From assembly GCA_965246885.1 (NCBI GenBank), contig OZ251992.1, positions 1,600,001 through 1,664,000 on the forward strand: DNA of 64,000 nt, given 5' to 3'. The DNA comes from Abditibacterium sp. (GTDB taxonomy: Bacteria; Armatimonadota; Abditibacteriia; Abditibacteriales; Abditibacteriaceae). The notes beneath the pieces are model-generated. The model searched no databases. It was given only the letters and a program-made list of their open reading frames with translations, and had not been told where the DNA came from. This document shows positions 1 to 9,385 of this stretch, piece by piece; position 1 is the stretch's first letter; every line of letters starts with the position of its first letter. The position numbers were made by a program, and so were the translations under genes.

Positions 1-2
1 CG

Positions 3-638
3 GGGCGCAGCGGCTTCGAGGCGAGCGAGGTCGAGCTATTGGGCTTGATGGCACAGTGGGTGGGGAATGAAATCGAGCGCGAAGAAGCGCGCCGCGAAGT
101 GCAGCAGACGCAGTACGAGGTGCTCGCCGCCAACCAAAAGTTGGAATCACTCGCTACAGTTGACCCGCTCACCGAGGTCAAAAATCGCCGCGCTTTCGGC
201 GACAAACTGCTCGAAGAATGGTCGCGCGCCACGCGCTACAACACGCCGCTTTCGCTCGTGCTCCTCGATATAGACACCGAAACCGACATAACCGCCACGA
301 GCGATGCCGCCGTCAAGCACGTCGCCTGCGTCGTGGGTGATGCCATCCGCAACACCGATTTCCTTGCGCGCTACTGCGGCGGCCAGTTCGCCCTTTTGCT
401 GCCCAACACCGAAGGAGAAGGAGCCTGCGTGCTCGCGGAACGCTTGCGCTCGCGCCTCGAACAAAGCGCGCCCGCGACCGGTGCGCTTACAGCCTCGGTG
501 GGCGTGGCTTCGCTTGACACCGAAATGAAGAAAGCCGAAGACCTGCTTCACGCCGCCCAAGAAGCCCTGAGCGCAGGCCAAGAGCGCGGCCCCAATCGCG
601 TCACCCGCGCCCACGAACTCGTGGGCGCGGCTTTGTAA
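3..638 (+). CDS. GAF + degenerate GGDEF domain protein (5'-truncated by window edge)
   Basis: Frame is open from position 3 (GAF-like tail FEASEVELLGLMAQW, then a coiled-coil linker). Contains DPLTEVKNRR and LVLLDID. Signature reads RYCGGQF instead of RYGGEEF; RxxD I-site (RNTD) is present. Confidence 0.85.
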   Translation, partial: GRSGFEASEVELLGLMAQWVGNEIEREEARREVQQTQYEVLAANQKLESLATVDPLTEVKNRRAFGDKLLEEWSRATRYNTPLSLVLLDIDTETDITATSDAAVKHVACVVGDAIRNTDFLARYCGGQFALLLPNTEGEGACVLAERLRSRLEQSAPATGALTASVGVASLDTEMKKAEDLLHAAQEALSAGQERGPNRVTRAHELVGAAL

Positions 639-952
639 AAGCAGTATTGCGGTTTTGCGGAGTTATAGCCCGTAAGAGGGAAATAGCCTCTTGCGACGCG
701 GCGCAAAGCGTTCGTCTTGTTTGCCCCAGACCGCTGAAATAAGAGTTCTCACGCTTGGATTCCTCCTTTCAAGCGTAAAGGCACCGCGTCGTCTTCAAAA
801 AGGCGTTCGCCTGCGTTTTGCCTCCACAAAGGCCATCTCCATGCTTTGTGCGAGGTAGAGCGGAGAGGCTGGCATTCCCTGAGAAAAACTTCCTTTTCTT
901 GAAAGCCTGCGCCTCAAACCCGCCCCAGACTGTGGCACATAGATGCTCGGCA

Positions 953-3900
953 ATGAAACGATTCAACATTCTGCTACTTAGCACTCTTATATCAGTCATC
1001 GGCGCCGCGTGTGCGGTTTGTCCCGCGCAGGCGGCAACCGATCCAAGGACGGCTCCGGGCGAAGGCGCGGATTTGTGTATTAGCGGCGTCGGCACGGGTA
1101 ACGGCCAGTTCGACCGCTTGCGCGACATCACCTTTGGCACCGATGGGCGGCTTTACACTCTCGAAACCGCCGGGTCTGATTCGACCACCGCAGGCAACAT
1201 CGTCGGTCTTGGCCGCGTTCAAGTGTTCGATAATAGCGGGAAGTTCTTGAACTCCTTCTCGCTGGGCGCTGATGCGCAGGCCGCCAACGCCGTGACCGCC
1301 CAAAATCAAGATGGCCCGATGGCCGCCGCGCGCATCGCCGTTGACGGGCAAAACCGCGTCTACGTTTCGTTCCCCATTGCCGGATTGGTGCGCGTCTTTG
1401 GCACGGACGGGCGCAAACTGAACGACATCTCCTTTGTCGGCGCGCTGGCTTTGGCGTGCGCCAACGACGGGAAGATCATCGCCCTTGGCTCGCACGCGTT
1501 GATTCGCGGCGGCCACTGGGTTTGGGATGGCGGCGGTGCGTTCGCCGTTTTGACGCCATCGGGCATCCAGTCCACCACTCCCCTCTCGCAGCCGTTGTGG
1601 AACGTACTGGATGCCACCGTTGCGTCCAACGGCGATTTGCTGGTGTTGGCTGGGAGCGCGGCGGCCCAATACAATTGGAACCCGACCCCAGTCATTTGGC
1701 GTTACAATTCGTCGGGAACGCTGTTGTCATCGCTGGGTTCGGGCCACAACGTGCGCGCACAAGACGGCAGCGAGCCACTGCACTCGCTCGTCATCGGGCG
1801 CGACGGTGCCATCACCACGATGACATACGGCAACCCCGGCCCAATCGTGCGCTTTGCGGCGGACGGCAAAACCGTCGTTCGTCGTGCGGGACGCTTTTCG
1901 GGGCTGGATGTCTGGTGCCCATCCAGTGCTTACACCCCGCTCGCGCTTGACCCAAGCGGACGCTTGTGGGTGGGGATCGCGTATGCCAACAACCCCAAAG
2001 ACCTTCAAGTCAACACGCGTCACCAACGTCCCGCCGTGCTGCGAACCCAGACCAACTTCTTCGATTCCTCCCTGTTAGGCGTTGCGGTGTCCGATGTTCG
2101 CACCCTCGGCTTCACGCCTAAACTCAGTTCGCCCCTTCCCTTTAACATCGCTTATGAGGCCGGTAAGCCGATTCAAACGGTTGTGACCGTGCCCGCCGCC
2201 CGGCGCGCATTGGACTGGCTTCAAGCCTCCTTCCGCGTCTTCGATGTCAATGGGCGCGTCATCGCTTCCGGCGAGAAATCGCTTTCCTTGGTCAACGATC
2301 AGCCCTCGCAAGCCACCTTCGAGTGGACGCCTCCCACTTATGGGCCGTACACAGTCGTAGTGGATTACAATTCCAGCGCCGACGTGCTCAAGTCCCAAGT
2401 GCTTTATTACGGCGTCACACCGCGCTACGCGAGCCGCCCCGAAATGCGGGCGGGCGACTCGGTGGGCGGTTGGGAAGACCCGGTGCGCCAGAAATTTTGT
2501 GGCCTCGACTTGATGCGCTTGCATCTGGCCAAAGGCGACGCCAAATTGCTCGCGGACTTGGATGCCGCCAAGAAGAACGGGGTCATCGCGTTCGTGCAAA
2601 TGACCGATAAGGTGGCGGACTTCACACCCGAAAACGCCACGCGCCTCGCCAAACTCGTCAAAGGTCGCGGCGCCATTGTCGAACTATGCAACGAGCCGAA
2701 CCTCATCATGTCGGTCGCCGACTACGCAACCCGCGCCAAAGCCGCTTACAATGCCATCAAAGCCGTTGACCCGCAAATCCAAGTCGTTGGCCCCGCCATT
2801 TGCGGCATCAATCTGGGCTTCATCGAGGGCTACTATCAAGCCGGAGGCAAAGCCACCTGCGACATCCTATCGGTGCACGATTATGAAGGGCACGAATCCA
2901 TCACTGCCGAACATTGGAAGTGGAAATACGGTGCCCTACGCGCGCTGATGGCGAAATACGGTGATGCCCAAAAACCCGTGTGGCAAACCGAACGCGCCAT
3001 CTCCTCCGTGCGCGGCGGCTTGAACACCGGCCTAAGCCAAGCGATCCGCCTCACTTTGCACCGCGACTTGCTTAGCTCGCTCGGTGTGCCCGATAACCAC
3101 AACTCCCACTATTATCTCAATCAAGGCGGCTATTCGGACGTGCCCTCTTATGTGTGGTGCGACCTTGGCCCGCTTCCCGGCGCCCTCGCGGTGCGCACCC
3201 GCGCGGCTTTGATCGGTGAGCGCCCTTGGCAAAGCAGCTTGGATTTCGGCGCCGTCAGCAACTCCTTGTATGAGGGCGAGTGCTACCGCGACGCCACCGG
3301 CAGCACGCTCTCGCTGCGCAACCTCATCGGCGGCGTGCGCCCCCTGGACTTTGCCGTGACTCCCGGCACCGCCTTGAGCCTCTTCGATGCGTGGGGCAAC
3401 CCCCTCGACATCCCCGTCAAGGACGGCGTGTTAACCTTGCCCCTTGGCCAATTGCCGCTTTACGTCCAAATCACCGGGGCGGGCACCTTGGCGCCCAAAA
3501 CGTGGAAATGGGGACAAAACGTCGCGCTGGGCGCCAAGGTTTCGGTTCAGGGCACGAGCGTTGGCGATTTGTCCTTGCTCACCAATGGAATACTGGAAAG
3601 CATCCACGAGGGCGACCCCTTGGGTGGCACCGACGGCAAGAACATCGTGGAGTTGTCGGGCTTCTCGCCGCGTAATCCGGCCATCGTCGCGCTGCAATTG
3701 AAGACCCCGGCCTCCATCAACCGCGTCATCGTGCACGGCCTGAGCGCCGACAACGCCTTCGGCGCCCTGCGCGACTTCGACTTGGAAGTCCACACGGGCG
3801 GCGTTTGGAAGCGGGTCGCGCGCGGAGGAACGGCCATTCCGCCCACCGTTTTGGGCGAAAGCGGCGACGCCGGGGCGCTCACGTTCTACGCCAACGACAA

Positions 3901-4078
3901 CGCTTGGGCGATGGGCTTCGACCCGGTGGTGGCCGACGGCATCCGCCTCGTCATCCGCGATGCCACGCGCGGTTTCGAGCCGGACGAAGTCGGACGCGCC
4001 CAAGTCGTCAAAACGTGGGGCGGCGCCAACCCGCTCTGCGCCTCGCTCCGCGAAATCGAAGCGTATCTGGCCAACTGA
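953..4078 (+). CDS. Large secreted protein: NHL-like beta-propeller + clan GH-A glycoside hydrolase (GH39/GH5-like) + C-terminal F5/8-type (CBM32-like) module
   Basis: ATG at 953 with signal peptide MKRFNILLLS...AQA. NHL-like motifs (GTGNGQF, RVQVFDNSGKFL, IAVDGQNRVYV). GH-A-type motifs ELCNEPN, DILSVHDY and VWQTE. C-terminal NVALGAKV...ADGIRLVI...LREIEAY. Confidence 0.65.
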   Translation: MKRFNILLLSTLISVIGAACAVCPAQAATDPRTAPGEGADLCISGVGTGNGQFDRLRDITFGTDGRLYTLETAGSDSTTAGNIVGLGRVQVFDNSGKFLNSFSLGADAQAANAVTAQNQDGPMAAARIAVDGQNRVYVSFPIAGLVRVFGTDGRKLNDISFVGALALACANDGKIIALGSHALIRGGHWVWDGGGAFAVLTPSGIQSTTPLSQPLWNVLDATVASNGDLLVLAGSAAAQYNWNPTPVIWRYNSSGTLLSSLGSGHNVRAQDGSEPLHSLVIGRDGAITTMTYGNPGPIVRFAADGKTVVRRAGRFSGLDVWCPSSAYTPLALDPSGRLWVGIAYANNPKDLQVNTRHQRPAVLRTQTNFFDSSLLGVAVSDVRTLGFTPKLSSPLPFNIAYEAGKPIQTVVTVPAARRALDWLQASFRVFDVNGRVIASGEKSLSLVNDQPSQATFEWTPPTYGPYTVVVDYNSSADVLKSQVLYYGVTPRYASRPEMRAGDSVGGWEDPVRQKFCGLDLMRLHLAKGDAKLLADLDAAKKNGVIAFVQMTDKVADFTPENATRLAKLVKGRGAIVELCNEPNLIMSVADYATRAKAAYNAIKAVDPQIQVVGPAICGINLGFIEGYYQAGGKATCDILSVHDYEGHESITAEHWKWKYGALRALMAKYGDAQKPVWQTERAISSVRGGLNTGLSQAIRLTLHRDLLSSLGVPDNHNSHYYLNQGGYSDVPSYVWCDLGPLPGALAVRTRAALIGERPWQSSLDFGAVSNSLYEGECYRDATGSTLSLRNLIGGVRPLDFAVTPGTALSLFDAWGNPLDIPVKDGVLTLPLGQLPLYVQITGAGTLAPKTWKWGQNVALGAKVSVQGTSVGDLSLLTNGILESIHEGDPLGGTDGKNIVELSGFSPRNPAIVALQLKTPASINRVIVHGLSADNAFGALRDFDLEVHTGGVWKRVARGGTAIPPTVLGESGDAGALTFYANDNAWAMGFDPVVADGIRLVIRDATRGFEPDEVGRAQVVKTWGGANPLCASLREIEAYLAN

Positions 4079-4103
4079 AGCGTCGGCGCCAGTGTGAGGA
4101 GTT

Positions 4104-4142
4104 GCAAAAAGACCCTCCCCGCGATGCGGGGAGGGTCTTTGC
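4104..4142. terminator. Bidirectional intrinsic terminator-like hairpin
   Basis: aaagaccctccccgc-gat-gcggggagggtcttt between convergent genes, with A/T runs on the flanks. Confidence 0.7.
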
Positions 4143-4160
4143 GCGAGTGGGTCGCCGTGT

Positions 4161-4194
4161 AAACTCCCTCTCCCGCACGCGGGAGAGGGAGTTT
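4161..4194. terminator. Second hairpin (terminator or REP-like palindrome)
   Basis: aaactccctctcccgc-ac-gcgggagagggagttt, perfect 16-bp arms, a few bases after the GH16 stop. Confidence 0.6.
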
Positions 4195-4200
4195 GTTTCC

Positions 4201-5292
4201 TTACCGTCCCTGACCCGACTGATACGCCGCACCCGATTGGCGCAACTCCGCGCGCGAAGCGGGAACCAACGACAAGGCGGCGGAGTGTGTCGCGGGGCTT
4301 GTGGTGGACGCGCTAAGCACACGCAAGCGCACCCAGTCCACGTCCACCGAGTAAGTCTGGCTGGCGGCGGCGGTCGCGGCGGGTTGGAGCGTGTCGCTAT
4401 ACGCATCGACCCAGCCGCCAACGGCTGGCGAGGACGCTGCCCAAATGTTGAAGCGCACACCCATCGGATCGTTGGGCAGGGGGCCTGCGGTAGGTGGATC
4501 ACTGCGAATCAGTTGGTCGTTGATGAACCACTGCACCTGCGTCGCTTGCCACACCATGCGGTAGGTGTTCCACCCGCTCGGATTATAGTTGGGGGGAAAG
4601 CGATTGGACAGGCCATTAGTTCTGCTCTTGTCGCCGTAATTATCGCCGGAGGGAAAGCCGGGTTGCGGAATACGGAAATCGTTGTAGATGTTTGTCCACG
4701 TGTACGGCTTCGCGGCGGCGAAGGAGGTGGTAAGCAGTTCGTGATCTATCTCGTCAAACGAATATGGCGGCGTGCCACCGAAGCTGCCGTTCGGGTTGGC
4801 GCCGAACGCGAAAAAGCCACCGACCAGACCCTGTTGTTCCGGGTTGGACACGCGGATGCGCGCTTCGTAAACGATGCCCGCGCCGGAGAGGGGAACTTTC
4901 TGATTGGCCGCGACTTCCGTCCCAAAGAACTGGCGCGTTCCTTGGGCGCGCGCGGCGCCGTCGGGCAAAAAGGTGTCTAACTTCACGCGCATAAAGCGTG
5001 TGCCATCGGTGTCTTGGCCAAAGTCCGGTTGGTTGCCAAACTCGGTGCGCTGGATGGTGCTGTCGGTGCCGAGCGTCGTCCACTTCGCGGTGTCGAGCGC
5101 GCCCGCGTTGAACTCGTCCGAAAAAACCGTGCCCGGAATGGGCGTAGGAGTCGGCGTAGCAGTAGGGCCGGGTGTGGCCGTCGGGACAGATGTCCCGCCA
5201 CCGCCACCACCACAGCCCGCGACGAGCAACGCGCCGCCCAGCAACAATGCACCCGGCGCGAGCGCCAGACGAACAAGAGGGTTAGAAAACAT
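4201..5292 (-). CDS. GH16-family glycoside hydrolase lipoprotein
   Basis: ATG at 5292; lipobox LVAG-C, then GGGGGG and a PT-rich linker. Contains VFSDEFN, catalytic ExDxE motif (DEIDHE) and WNTYRMVW...VQWFIND. Confidence 0.8.
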   Translation of the reverse strand: MFSNPLVRLALAPGALLLGGALLVAGCGGGGGGTSVPTATPGPTATPTPTPIPGTVFSDEFNAGALDTAKWTTLGTDSTIQRTEFGNQPDFGQDTDGTRFMRVKLDTFLPDGAARAQGTRQFFGTEVAANQKVPLSGAGIVYEARIRVSNPEQQGLVGGFFAFGANPNGSFGGTPPYSFDEIDHELLTTSFAAAKPYTWTNIYNDFRIPQPGFPSGDNYGDKSRTNGLSNRFPPNYNPSGWNTYRMVWQATQVQWFINDQLIRSDPPTAGPLPNDPMGVRFNIWAASSPAVGGWVDAYSDTLQPAATAAASQTYSVDVDWVRLRVLSASTTSPATHSAALSLVPASRAELRQSGAAYQSGQGR

Positions 5293-5394
5293 AGGATCCA
5301 AAAAGTCAGGCGCCTTAGTTTGGCGCGCAAGCGCGCCCCTTCGCCATTGACTCAGAGAAGTATCCCCGTGAACGAGATTGGCCGCCGCTCCAAT

Positions 5395-5499
5395 CACCGC
5401 CCTCTGTCACTCGCCGACACACGCGCGCCACCGACTGACACACGCGCGCCACCGAGCGACACACGCGCGCCGACGAGCGACAGACCTCCGTCAGTCGCG
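5395..5499. repeat. Degenerate 21-bp-period tandem array (about 5 units)
   Basis: Near-identical gacacacgcgcgcc-starting units at 5416, 5437 and 5458; in-phase degenerate units at 5395 and 5479. Confidence 0.85.
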
Positions 5500-6501
5500 C
5501 AAATCCGCCGCGCTCAGCCCGCGCTCCTCCCACAAGGCGCGCAGTTCCAGCAGCGCTTCCACCCGCTCATGCGCCGATGGAGCGGGCGTCCAAAAGTGGA
5601 ACATGCCCAACCGATATTCGCGGAGCCACTGCGTCACGCACGAGTAGCGCGCCAACTCACCTCCGCGCGTTGGCTCAAAGTAAGAAAGCGCCGCGTCCCA
5701 GATGCGCTCAAAGCGCGGCGTGAGTTCGACTGAATCGTAACTGTTGTTTCTGAGCCACGCGCGCTCTCCCGGCGCCTCACCCTCGGCCAATTGGAACTGA
5801 AAACCGATGGCTTGCGCGTTCGCCCACAAAGCGGTGTCCGTTAGCACCGCCAAGCGCAGCACCTGCTGAAAGAGCGCGAACGAGTCGCGGCACGTTCCGG
5901 TTGAGAGTTCATCCCGTTCTTCGCGCATCTTGGCCGCCCACTCCGCCGCGAACGCGACATCGGAACCCACCTCGCGCGCCAACACTTGAAACGCCTTCAG
6001 CCACTCAGGTGCTGGTTCTTCAAGCCATTCCTCCGCTACGCCGTCGTGCCACCGAAAACTTTGCGCCTCGTTCTGCACGATGTCGCTGATATTGTTGTTG
6101 CTTGGAATACTCGCAATGCGCGTCCAACTGCCGCGCCCATCGGCGTTCAAAAACACCTTCCATACCACTCGTTGCGGATACGCGATTGGTTCGAGGTCGT
6201 CGCCCAAGCAGAAGACGTGCCCGACGCGCCCTTCCTCCCACGCCGCGCGCCACAGTTCCTCCAACGGTTGCTTGGAAGCACCCAGCCATGTGGCTCTTTG
6301 GAACGGCTTGCGCTTGAGGGCGGCGCACAAATTGAAGCGGGAATCCTCCCCGATGCGGCGGGCCACCAGAAAGTGAATCATGTTTCCCGCCACGCCCCAC
6401 ACCCACTCCCCATCCGTGTCCACGTCGCGGCACTGTAAGAAGCTGGCGTCCAAGTCCGCCGCTTCCCAAGGCGCCAAGTCGAGGGTCAGAGTGTCACTCA
6501 T
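5491..6501 (-). CDS. Hypothetical protein (336 aa, Trp-rich)
   Basis: Long ATG ORF overlapping the upstream kinase stop, consistent with translational coupling. No family recognised. Confidence 0.65.
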   Translation of the reverse strand: MSDTLTLDLAPWEAADLDASFLQCRDVDTDGEWVWGVAGNMIHFLVARRIGEDSRFNLCAALKRKPFQRATWLGASKQPLEELWRAAWEEGRVGHVFCLGDDLEPIAYPQRVVWKVFLNADGRGSWTRIASIPSNNNISDIVQNEAQSFRWHDGVAEEWLEEPAPEWLKAFQVLAREVGSDVAFAAEWAAKMREERDELSTGTCRDSFALFQQVLRLAVLTDTALWANAQAIGFQFQLAEGEAPGERAWLRNNSYDSVELTPRFERIWDAALSYFEPTRGGELARYSCVTQWLREYRLGMFHFWTPAPSAHERVEALLELRALWEERGLSAADLRD

Positions 6502-7942
6502 ACAGCTTCGCTACCAAGCCATTTTGACGGCTGAGGGCGCGCTCGTAAAGGGCGGTGCGGGCCGGGTCGGGGCGGAGTTCTTCGCCGGTTTCAAACTTGG
6601 CGGCGGCTACGTCGGGCAGGGCGCCGATGGCTTCGAGGGCAAGCAGGGCGGCGCCGCGCGCGCTGGCTTCGGCTTCCTTGGACGCGCTGATGGGGCGGCC
6701 CAAGGCGTCCCCCACGATCTGTGCCCAAACGGGGACGTGTTCGAGGGCGCCGCCGGAGAAGGTGATGCGGGCGCCCGGAGCAAGCGGGGCAAGCAGGTCG
6801 CTCAAGACCCGGTAGCGCAACGCCGCGCCTTCCAAGCAGGCGCGCAGGATGTCCATCGCGTCCGTATGCAAGGTGGCGCCCGCGAGGACGAAGTGGGCGT
6901 TGGGGTTCCACAAGGGCGCACGCTCGCCCGCGAGGAAAGGCAGAACAGTCAGTTCGTGCGCATCGGGATTCATAGTGCCCAACCGGGTCTGCCAGTCGTC
7001 GGGCAAGCACAGATTCGCCCGCGCCCATGCGAGAACGTTGCCGACGTTGGAAATGGCGCCGCCAACGAGGGAGCGGCGGGCGTCCACGCGGTAGCGCCAT
7101 AACCCGCGCGGCGGCGCACCGGAAAAATCGGGCAACACCACGCGCAAAGCGCCGCTCGTTCCGGCGTTGAGCGCCAAAGTCGAAGCGTCGAGACCGCCGC
7201 CACCGATGTTGGAACACGCGCCATCGCCCAAGGCCGCGAACCACTTGGCGTTCGCCAAACGCGGCCAGCGCGCGGCGGTTTGGGCCGAGGGCACAAGGGC
7301 GTCGTGCGCATCGCAAAGCGGCAAGAGTTGGGCGCGCTCGATGGGCAGATGCGAGAGCATTTCCGCGTCGAAGTCGCATTTGTTCTGGTCAAACAGCCCG
7401 GTTCCCGACACCATTGATAGCGACACGCGCGGCGCTTCCAACCAGCGCAAAGCCGCGAACTCGCCGAAACTCATCCAGCGCAGGGGCGACGCAAACAATT
7501 CGGGCCGCACGTCGCGCAACCACAACAGCTTCGCGGGCCAGTAGGAGGTGTGGAACGGAGTCCCCAAGCGCGCGTGCGCCGCGTCCTCGTCCATCAGTTC
7601 GCGCAAGACTCCGACGTGCGCACGCGCCCGGTTGTCCGCCCAACTGATGACGCTCGTGCGCGCCTTGCCGTCGGCGTCTACTGCCAACAGGGAATGCCAA
7701 AAGCAACTCATGCCGACCGCGAGCACCTCGCCCTCGGTCTTGGCGAGGATGTCGTCCATGCACTTTTCCAGCAGGACAAGTAGCGCGTCCGCGTCGGTTT
7801 CGACGCCGCCATCTGTGCTGGTGGTTTGTAAGTAGGCGATTTGCGACGCCACGCCGATTTGGGCGCCCGAAGTGTCGAAGGCGATGGCGCGGACGGACGA
7901 GGTGCCCGCGTCGAGCGCGAGGATAAAGGGCTGAGCGTTCAT
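6494..7942 (-). CDS. gntK: FGGY-family carbohydrate kinase (probable gluconokinase)
   Basis: ILALDAGTSSVRA, MSCFWHSL, SWADNR, GDGACSNIG, GTSGALR, LPFLAGERAPLW, LEG...SGG motifs. ATG at 7942. Confidence 0.8.
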   Translation of the reverse strand: MNAQPFILALDAGTSSVRAIAFDTSGAQIGVASQIAYLQTTSTDGGVETDADALLVLLEKCMDDILAKTEGEVLAVGMSCFWHSLLAVDADGKARTSVISWADNRARAHVGVLRELMDEDAAHARLGTPFHTSYWPAKLLWLRDVRPELFASPLRWMSFGEFAALRWLEAPRVSLSMVSGTGLFDQNKCDFDAEMLSHLPIERAQLLPLCDAHDALVPSAQTAARWPRLANAKWFAALGDGACSNIGGGGLDASTLALNAGTSGALRVVLPDFSGAPPRGLWRYRVDARRSLVGGAISNVGNVLAWARANLCLPDDWQTRLGTMNPDAHELTVLPFLAGERAPLWNPNAHFVLAGATLHTDAMDILRACLEGAALRYRVLSDLLAPLAPGARITFSGGALEHVPVWAQIVGDALGRPISASKEAEASARGAALLALEAIGALPDVAAAKFETGEELRPDPARTALYERALSRQNGLVAKLYE

Positions 7943-8017
7943 GGAAAGTAGGAGATAATTTAAGGCAGTTGCGCCCGCCGCGTCCGCTTTGGGCTTCGGC
8001 GCGCCCATACTTTGCCC

Positions 8018-9385
8018 ATGCCCGATTTCTCCCCGCGCGTTTTGGAAGGCTGGGGCCGCTTCCCGCGCCAGAGTTGCCGCGTCGCGCGCCCCGAAAAGCG
8101 GCGCACCGTCTTCGATTTAGTGGCGAGCGACGAAACGGACGTTATACTTCCGCGCGGCTTGGGCCGCGCGTATGGCGATGCGGCGCTTTCCGAGGGAGAG
8201 GGTGTTTTGCTCCTCGAAAAGCAAGACCGCTTCTTGGACTTTGACTCGGAGACCGGCGTCTTGCACGTCGAAGGCGGCGCCTCTTTCGCGTCCATCATTG
8301 AAACCTTCGTGCCGCGCGGCTGGTTTTTGCCGGTCGTGCCGGGAACCAAGTTCGTCACTGTCGGCGGCGCGCTTGCTTCCGATGTGCATGGCAAGAACCA
8401 CCACCGCGTTGGCACCATCGGCGAGCACGTTGAGGAGTTCGAGTTACTCGTTGCGTCGGGCGATGTGCTCGTTTGCTCGCGCACCCAGCACCCCGATGCC
8501 TTCCGCGCCACACTTGGCGGCATGGGGTTAACCGGCGTCATCCTGAGCGCGAAACTTCGCTTGCAGCCCATCGAAAGCGCGCAGATCGTGCTGCGAACCG
8601 AACGGACGCGCAACCTTCAGGAGACGCTCCAAGGCTTTGGGCGCGACTCCGACACGGCGTATTCCGTCGCGTGGGTGGACTGCCTCGCGGCGGGCGACTC
8701 GTTGGGGAGGAGCGTCTTCCTGCGCGGCGAACACGCTTCCAACCGCGACCTGCTCGCCGCCGATTTTGAGGGCGACCCCTTTGCATCTTCCTCAAATAAA
8801 GCCAAAAGCATCCCGCGCGACTTCCCCGATTTCGCCCTCTCCGCCGCATCGGTGCGCGCTTTCAACGCCGCTTACTACGCGAACCACCCCGATGGGCAGG
8901 CCTTGCAGGGCTTTGAGCGGTTCTTCTGGCCGCTTGACTCGCTCGGCGGCTGGAACAAAATCTACGGCGCGCGCGGTTTCGTCCAGTATCATTGCATTCT
9001 CCCCTTTGCCACCTCTGCTGACGGGCTGACGCGCCTATTGGAGCGCATCTCCGGGTCGGGCCGCGCGGCGTTTTTGGCCGTTCTCAAGCTCTACGGCCCC
9101 GAAAACGATTCGCCCTTGTCCTTTCCGCTCGCGGGCCACTCCCTCGCTCTCGACCTGCCCGCCAGTGAAGGAATCGTCGAGTTCTGCCGCGAACTCGACG
9201 CCATCACCCTCGAACACGGCGGGCGCACTTACCTCGCCAAAGACTCGACTCTCTCACCCGACGCCTTCCGCCACATGTATCCCCGTCTGCCCGAATTTAG
9301 GCGCATCAAAGCGCAACTTGACCCGCACGCTCGTTTCCAGTCGTCGCTGTCGCGTCGCTTGAACATCGCTGGAGGTGCCGCTTAA
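8018..9385 (+). CDS. FAD-binding oxidoreductase, DprE1-like (polyprenylphosphoryl-ribose 2'-oxidase)
   Basis: RGLGRAYGDAA, VVPGTKFVTVGGALASDVHGKNHH, GGMGLTGVI, SVAWVD, WNKIYGARGFVQY, LAVLK, GGRTYLAKD, FQSSLSRRL. Confidence 0.85.
   Translation: MPDFSPRVLEGWGRFPRQSCRVARPEKRRTVFDLVASDETDVILPRGLGRAYGDAALSEGEGVLLLEKQDRFLDFDSETGVLHVEGGASFASIIETFVPRGWFLPVVPGTKFVTVGGALASDVHGKNHHRVGTIGEHVEEFELLVASGDVLVCSRTQHPDAFRATLGGMGLTGVILSAKLRLQPIESAQIVLRTERTRNLQETLQGFGRDSDTAYSVAWVDCLAAGDSLGRSVFLRGEHASNRDLLAADFEGDPFASSSNKAKSIPRDFPDFALSAASVRAFNAAYYANHPDGQALQGFERFFWPLDSLGGWNKIYGARGFVQYHCILPFATSADGLTRLLERISGSGRAAFLAVLKLYGPENDSPLSFPLAGHSLALDLPASEGIVEFCRELDAITLEHGGRTYLAKDSTLSPDAFRHMYPRLPEFRRIKAQLDPHARFQSSLSRRLNIAGGAA

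Noticed and set aside
3805..4980. Long alternative-frame ORFs (this one, 15987-17156, 35070-36557, 58694-59824 and many others)
   Set aside because: Arg/Ala/Pro-rich shadow ORFs typical of high-GC DNA, overlapping well-supported genes.
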